From an uncultured Bacillota bacterium (GTDB taxonomy: Bacteria; Sysuimicrobiota; Sysuimicrobiia; Sysuimicrobiales; Segetimicrobiaceae): a stretch of DNA of 64,000 nt. The number at the start of each line of letters is the position of its first letter. The first letter of the stretch is position 1. This document shows positions 58,795-64,000 of the stretch, in pieces. The notes under the pieces are model-generated. The model searched no databases. It was not told the origin of the DNA and was given only the letters and a program-made list of their open reading frames with translations. The stretch lies in contig CAWDRG010000015.1 of assembly GCA_963804645.1 (NCBI GenBank), positions 128,001 through 192,000 on the forward strand. The letters run 5' to 3'. Made by a program: the position numbers and the translations under genes.

Positions 58795-59838
58795 ATGCAA
58801 CTTGGAATGATCGGATTGGGACGAATGGGCGCGAATATGGTCCGGCGGCTTCTCACGGGGGGCCATGAATGCGTGGTCTTCGACATGTCGCCCCAAAAGG
58901 TCAACGCGTTGGTCCAGGAGATGGCGGTGGGCGCTTCGTCCGTCCCGGACCTGGTGAAACGGCTCGCAAAGCCGCGGGCCATCTGGTTGATGGTGCCAGC
59001 TGCGGCGGTGGACAACACGATCGCCGCGATTGTTCCCCATCTCGACGCCGGAGATATACTGATCGACGGTGGCAATTCGTATTATGTCGACGACATTCGC
59101 CGGGCGAAGGAACTCGGCGCCAGGAACATCCACTACGCCGATGCGGGAACCAGCGGTGGCGTCTGGGGGCTGGAACGAGGCTACTGCATGATGATCGGCG
59201 GTGAGAGCGAGGTCATCCAGCATCTCGATCCAATCTTCGCGTGTCTGGCGCCCGGAGTGGGAGACATCCCGCGCACTCCGGGCCGCGACAAGCTTCCCGG
59301 AACCGCGGAACAGGGCTATCTGTACTGCGGACCGATTGGCGCCGGCCATTTCGTGAAGATGGTGCACAACGGCATCGAATACGGCTTGATGGGTGCTCTG
59401 GCCGAAGGGTTCAATATCTTGCGCGGCGCCAATGTGGGCAAGCAGGAACACGCGATCGATGCAGAGACGACGCCTCTGCGAGATCGGGAATACTATCAAT
59501 ACGACTTCAATCTCCGCGACATTGCAGAACTTTGGCGACGGGGCAGTGTCGTGGCATCCTGGCTGCTGGATCTCACCGCTATTGCGCTGACGGAAGAGCC
59601 ATCGCTCGCGAGCTTTTCGGGACACGTTTCAGATTCTGGCGAAGGCCGCTGGACCATCAAAGCCGGCATCGATGAGGGGGTGCCCACACCGGTGCTTGCC
59701 ACCGCGCTATATGATCGCTTCAGCTCTCGCGGCGAGGATGATTTCGAGAACAAAATGCTGTCTGCCATGCGCTTTCAGTTCGGCGGACACCACGAGAACC
59801 CGGCTGGGAAGGCGCAAGCTCGTAGGACGCCGTCATGA
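58795..59838 (+). CDS. gnd: 6-phosphogluconate dehydrogenase (decarboxylating, short type)
   Basis: [47 protein letters not shown]. Confidence 0.95.
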   Translation: MQLGMIGLGRMGANMVRRLLTGGHECVVFDMSPQKVNALVQEMAVGASSVPDLVKRLAKPRAIWLMVPAAAVDNTIAAIVPHLDAGDILIDGGNSYYVDDIRRAKELGARNIHYADAGTSGGVWGLERGYCMMIGGESEVIQHLDPIFACLAPGVGDIPRTPGRDKLPGTAEQGYLYCGPIGAGHFVKMVHNGIEYGLMGALAEGFNILRGANVGKQEHAIDAETTPLRDREYYQYDFNLRDIAELWRRGSVVASWLLDLTAIALTEEPSLASFSGHVSDSGEGRWTIKAGIDEGVPTPVLATALYDRFSSRGEDDFENKMLSAMRFQFGGHHENPAGKAQARRTPS

Positions 59839-61244
59839 ACGGATGTCCATCGGATGCATTGGTCTTCTTCGGGGCAACCGGAGACTTGGCCTACAAGAAG
59901 ATATTCCCGGCGCTTCAGGCAGCCATCAAGCGAGGGCATCTCGATGTGCCGATCATCGCAGTGGCGAAAGAGGGCTGGGACCTGGAACGGCTCAAAACCC
60001 GCGCGCATGACAGCCTGAAGAACTACGGCGGCGGTGTTGATGCTGCGGCGTTCGCAAAATTGTGCGACCGGCTGCGCTATGTGGATGGCGACTATCAAGA
60101 TCCGGCCACCTTCAACGCCATCCGTCGTGAACTGCAGAATGCCGTGCATCCGGCGCACTACCTCGCCATCCCGCCGCGGTTATTCGGAACTGTCGTACAG
60201 AATCTGGCCGCGGCGGGTTGTGCCGAGGGCGCGCGCGTCATTATCGAGAAGCCGTTTGGTAACGATCTGGAATCGGCGCGAGAACTCAATCGCACGCTGC
60301 TGGCGATCTTCAAAGAATCCGCGATCTTCCGCATTGATCATTATCTCGGGAAGCGGCCGGTGCGCAACCTGTGCGTCTTCCGCTTTGCCAACATCTTCGT
60401 GGAGTCCTTTTGGAACCGTAATTTCGTTGAGAGTGTACAGATCACCATGGCAGAAAACATCGGCATTGAGGGTCGCGGCGCGTTTTATGACCAGACGGGG
60501 ACAATTCGCGACGTGGTGCAGAACCATCTGTTCCAAATCCTGAGCAATCTGGCGATGGAGCCGCCGGTGGCGACTGACAGTGAATCGATTCGTGACGAAA
60601 AGGTCAAAGTGCTCAAAGCCATCCCACCACTGGGAGCAACAGACCTTGTGCGCGGCCAGTTCCGTGGATACCGGAGCGAGAAGGGCGTGGCGCCCGATTC
60701 GCAGGTGGAGACGTTTGCGGCGTTGCGACTAGAGGTCGACTCATGGCGCTGGAAAGGCGTCCCGTTTTATATCAGAGCGGGAAAGTGTCTGCCCGCGCAA
60801 TGCACAGAAATCGTAGGCCGCTTGCGCAAGCCTCCAACGGTGATCCGTGAGAGCGCCCTGACGTCGAATTACCTGCGGCTGCGGCTCAGCCCCGACGTCG
60901 TCATTGCCATGGGCATGATGGTGATGGCGCCCGGCGATGAAATGGTGGGGCAGTCGGTTGAAATGCTGGGCAGCAGGTCGCCGCGGGTTGGCGAGGTGGA
61001 TTCGTACGAGCGGATACTCTGTGATGCAATGGAGGGAGACGCCACGTTGTTTGCTAGGCAGGACTACGTGGAGGAAAGCTGGCGGATTGTTGATCCGGTA
61101 CTGAAAGCAAACACGCCCGTATACGAGTACGACGCGAACACCTGGGGCCCAGCCGAAGTGGAGCGCGTCACGCCTCCCGGTGGTTGGCACAACCCGGTCA
61201 CCACAGAACAGGAACAGGCCGGTCCTGCGGTGCAAGTTGCCTGA
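59835..61244 (+). CDS. zwf: Glucose-6-phosphate 1-dehydrogenase
   Basis: [38 protein letters not shown]. Confidence 0.95.
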   Translation: MNGCPSDALVFFGATGDLAYKKIFPALQAAIKRGHLDVPIIAVAKEGWDLERLKTRAHDSLKNYGGGVDAAAFAKLCDRLRYVDGDYQDPATFNAIRRELQNAVHPAHYLAIPPRLFGTVVQNLAAAGCAEGARVIIEKPFGNDLESARELNRTLLAIFKESAIFRIDHYLGKRPVRNLCVFRFANIFVESFWNRNFVESVQITMAENIGIEGRGAFYDQTGTIRDVVQNHLFQILSNLAMEPPVATDSESIRDEKVKVLKAIPPLGATDLVRGQFRGYRSEKGVAPDSQVETFAALRLEVDSWRWKGVPFYIRAGKCLPAQCTEIVGRLRKPPTVIRESALTSNYLRLRLSPDVVIAMGMMVMAPGDEMVGQSVEMLGSRSPRVGEVDSYERILCDAMEGDATLFARQDYVEESWRIVDPVLKANTPVYEYDANTWGPAEVERVTPPGGWHNPVTTEQEQAGPAVQVA

Positions 61245-61292
61245 TGCACATCCGGGCATCGCGCAGGCGATGCCTCGTTCCTGGCCTGCCTC

Positions 61293-61433
61293 AAACCCAA
61301 GCAGATGGAGTAGCTTCTCTCCATCAAGACAGTATTTCCCGGGGCCGGCGGCCGCGTATGGTATGACGACGAGCGGGAGGTTCACCGCCAGATTTTTGAA
61401 CGTATGGATATCGTGGATGACGCGTTCCTAGTG
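61293..61433 (+). pseudogene. Possible fragment of a putative restriction (HNH-type) endonuclease N-terminus
   Basis: KPKQME*LLSIKTVFPGAGGRVWYDDEREVHRQIFE..D..DDAF; similarity is recalled only. Confidence 0.35.
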
Positions 61434-61464
61434 AAGCGATTCCATCACTTTGTTGGGAGGGCCC

Positions 61465-62775
61465 ATGGGTACGCGCGAGGTGTGGGGGATCTTACGAGGA
61501 ACGGAACGGGCGCCGGTGCTCGCGGCCGCCGTGGCAATCGTGGTGGTCGGTGCGGCAGCGGTCGCGGGTGGTGCGGTCGCGGCCGAGGGGGTGCGGTCGC
61601 TCGGTTCAATGGCACCCGAGCCGCTCGCGACGAGCGAGCCCGCCGCGAGCGGCGGGTCGGATGCGTTTGGGTCCGTGATGAGTTCGGCCTGGCCCACGCT
61701 GCCCGGCGCCGCCCCGGTGGTGTCCATGTTCTCCCTGACAGCCGTGCCTGCGGTCCAAGCCTTGGGCTCGACGTTCACGTTCGCGCCCCAGGGTGCTACG
61801 CCGGTGGCGAACGTCCCAGAGCCGGCACCCGGGTGGACCAAGACGCCGAGCGTGGGGCAGACCTTCGACGGTGTGACACCCTGGACACCGCTCACGAGAC
61901 TCGTTGCACCCCTGCCCGTGCTATTCGACCAGCCCACCGTCGCCGGGCCGCGAGTGCCGGGCGACGATGGCGGGACCCCGCTGGCGCAGAGCCCTTCCTC
62001 TGGCGACGCGACGGCCACCCCAGACGAGGAGGCGCTCGACGCTAAGCTGGCCACGGAGCTCCAGAACCCTCTCGCTACCCTCATCAGCGTGCCGTTTCAG
62101 CAGAACATCCAGTTCGGCATCGGGCCCGCGAACGCGGGGTCGTAGGATGTGATGAACATCCAGCCGGTCGTCCCCTTCAGCATCAGCCGGGACTGGAACC
62201 TGATCGCACGCATGATCATGCCGGTGGTGTATCAGAACGAGATCTTCCCCGGCGCGGGGAGCCAGTTCGGGATCGGCGATACCACGTTTCAGTTCTTCTT
62301 TTCGCCGAAGGCCCCCACGAAGAGCGGCGTCCTCTGGGGGGTCGGCCCGTCGTTCTTCGTCCCGTCGGGGGCGTATCTCTTGTCCACGAACACGTGGGGA
62401 GCAGGCGTAAGCGCGGTCGTGCTGAAGCAGGTCCCCATGCCGTACATAGGGGGCGGAGTGCTCACCTACGGTACGCTCGTGAGCCAGACGTGGCCGGTCT
62501 CGGGCCCGGCCCCGATCAACATCTTATACGTGCAGCCGTTTGTCGCATATACACTCAAGAACAGCGTCACCTTTAACATTCATGCCGAGGCCCCGTACAA
62601 CTGGACCGAGAATCAGTGGACGGTCCCGTTGGTCGCGTTCGTCGGCAAAGTCTACAATTTCGGGGGGCACCCTGCGCAGATCGCCCTGGGCGTCAAGTAC
62701 TATGCCGTCCGACCCGTCACCGCGCCACAGTGGGGGATCCAACTCTGGGTGACGCTGCTCTTCCCCAAGCAGTAG
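61465..62775 (+). pseudogene. Outer-membrane beta-barrel/transporter-like protein interrupted by in-frame TAG at 62143-62145
   Basis: LATELQNPLATLISVPFQ...GPANAGS*DVMNIQPVVPF..WNLI.R..GIGD..WGVGP..WTVP..LLFP; both ORFs are in the same frame. Confidence 0.7.
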
Positions 62776-63007
62776 CTGCCTCGCGGCAGCCGGCGCGCGT
62801 CGGTACCCACGGCCGGCAGAAGTCTTCCGCGCCGCCACGAACTTCGCGGAGGACGTGACCAGTGGTAGTGGACTTTATTGCTACCGCGTGAATACTCGCG
62901 CGCTAGGCTTCATAAGGGAATGCGCGAACCTGGTGAACCGTTAGTACGATCCGCCGCTCGGCGGCAGGGCACGTTCACATATCTTGATTCGTTGTCTCAA
63001 AATGAGA

Positions 63008-64000
63008 GAGCGCCGTGAAAAGGCGCGAGTCCTCTAGCGGGGGAAGGTCCCGCCCGAGGAGTTGTCGGGACGCCTCGGTAGCTACGGAGGCACGGTGATC
63101 TGGCAACGGATCATGGTGAAGCCCTCCGGAAAGGAGTCTGAATAAGTCAGACTCTGCAACCCTGCGGGCTGCAGCGCGTAGCGAGACTCTAAGCAGGCCC
63201 CGAAATAACGGATGCGAGAGCCGACCCGCCTCTCATTCGGGGAAGGCCGTTGCGCTCAGGAGATGAACCCGACGGAGCCCTGAGCGTCTCGCCGGGGTAG
63301 TGGAGGCGGCACGCAGGGAGAGCGAGGACCGCGCAACACGGGAAGTCTCCGGCCAGGACGAGGTCCAGGAGCTTTGGGCTCCTGTTGGGCGGAGATGGCG
63401 GAGAGGCGCGTAGTACCGATGAGTCCGGCGAAAGCCGGCGGAGGGAAGGGGCCTCAGTTCTGAGGTGCTGTCCAATGGAGGCGAGATGATCGGGGATTGG
63501 CGATGAGCCTAGCAACTCCGGAACGGATTCGGATCCTCCAGCGGCGGCTGTACGCCAAGGCGAAGAAGGAGCCACAGTTTCGCTTCTACACCCTGTACGA
63601 CAAGCTCTCTCGGTGGGACATCCTGGAACACGCGTACCACCGGGCGCGGGCGAACGCTGGCGCGCCGGGCGTGGATGGGGTGACCTTCGAGCAGATCGAG
63701 GCGGCCGGGGTGGAGTCGTTCTTGCGGGAGATCCAACGAGAACTTCAGGAGGGGAGTTATCGCGCGGACCCCGTGCGGCGCGTCGAGATTTTGAAAGCGG
63801 ACGGCAAGAGTTTGCGTCCGTTAGGTATACCGACGATCCGGACGCGGGTCATCCAGACGGCGGCGCTTCTCGTGCTCGGTCCAATTTTCGAAGCCGATCT
63901 CCCAGACAATGCTTGGGGTTACCGCCCCAAGCGGTCGGCACTGGGAGCAGTCAAGCAGGTGCATGCGGACGTCAAGGCGGGATACACGGACGTGGTGGAC
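63008..64000 (+). mobile_element. Group II intron, 5' part (boundary approximate, runs off the window)
   Basis: About 500 nt of structured non-coding RNA including GTAGTACCGATGAGTCCGGCGAAAGCCGGCGGAGGGAAGGG (domain II/III-like), upstream of an RT ORF. Confidence 0.8.
63503..64000 (+). CDS. ltrA: Group II intron reverse transcriptase/maturase (partial)
   Basis: [59 protein letters not shown]. Confidence 0.95.
   Translation, partial: MSLATPERIRILQRRLYAKAKKEPQFRFYTLYDKLSRWDILEHAYHRARANAGAPGVDGVTFEQIEAAGVESFLREIQRELQEGSYRADPVRRVEILKADGKSLRPLGIPTIRTRVIQTAALLVLGPIFEADLPDNAWGYRPKRSALGAVKQVHADVKAGYTDVVD

Noticed and set aside
63503..64000. RT as a retron, DGR or defence RT
   Set aside because: The N-terminal motifs and upstream RNA are those of a group II intron maturase.

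Overview
High-GC bacterial chromosome window in two parts. About 1-45 kb is mostly core genes: adenine deaminase, CsaA, PepA, cell-wall enzymes, SpeD, AlaX, Fpg, two ECF sigma/anti-sigma pairs, LemA/TPM, LipB, a peptide ABC transporter, a sulfur-carrier cysteine operon and Ppx. About 45-64 kb is a mobile-element-rich region around an initiator tRNA-Met. It holds two IS256 elements, an unclassified DUF6788-type IS, ISL3 and IS21 remnants, three toxin-antitoxin pairs, a decaying oxidative pentose phosphate cluster and the 5' part of a group II intron. The three most interesting observations are: (1) a 4,870-bp IS5-family element (30485-35354; perfect 15-bp terminal inverted repeats, TAA duplication) whose cargo is a NarL-type two-component system transcribed divergently from two tiny paralogous secreted peptides and two membrane proteins; (2) a CysO-CysM-Mec (JAMM) cysteine operon with an embedded SbnI/SerK-like free-serine kinase candidate and a masked GG-VR sulfur carrier, sharing a GGAAT-N18-GTT promoter motif with the adjacent SigH/SigR-like sigma gene; (3) a roughly 1,000-aa GH76 enzyme between two different seven-repeat arrays. 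Several small frameshifts in otherwise intact genes suggest indel errors in the assembly. All family assignments come from motif recognition by eye; no database searches were run.
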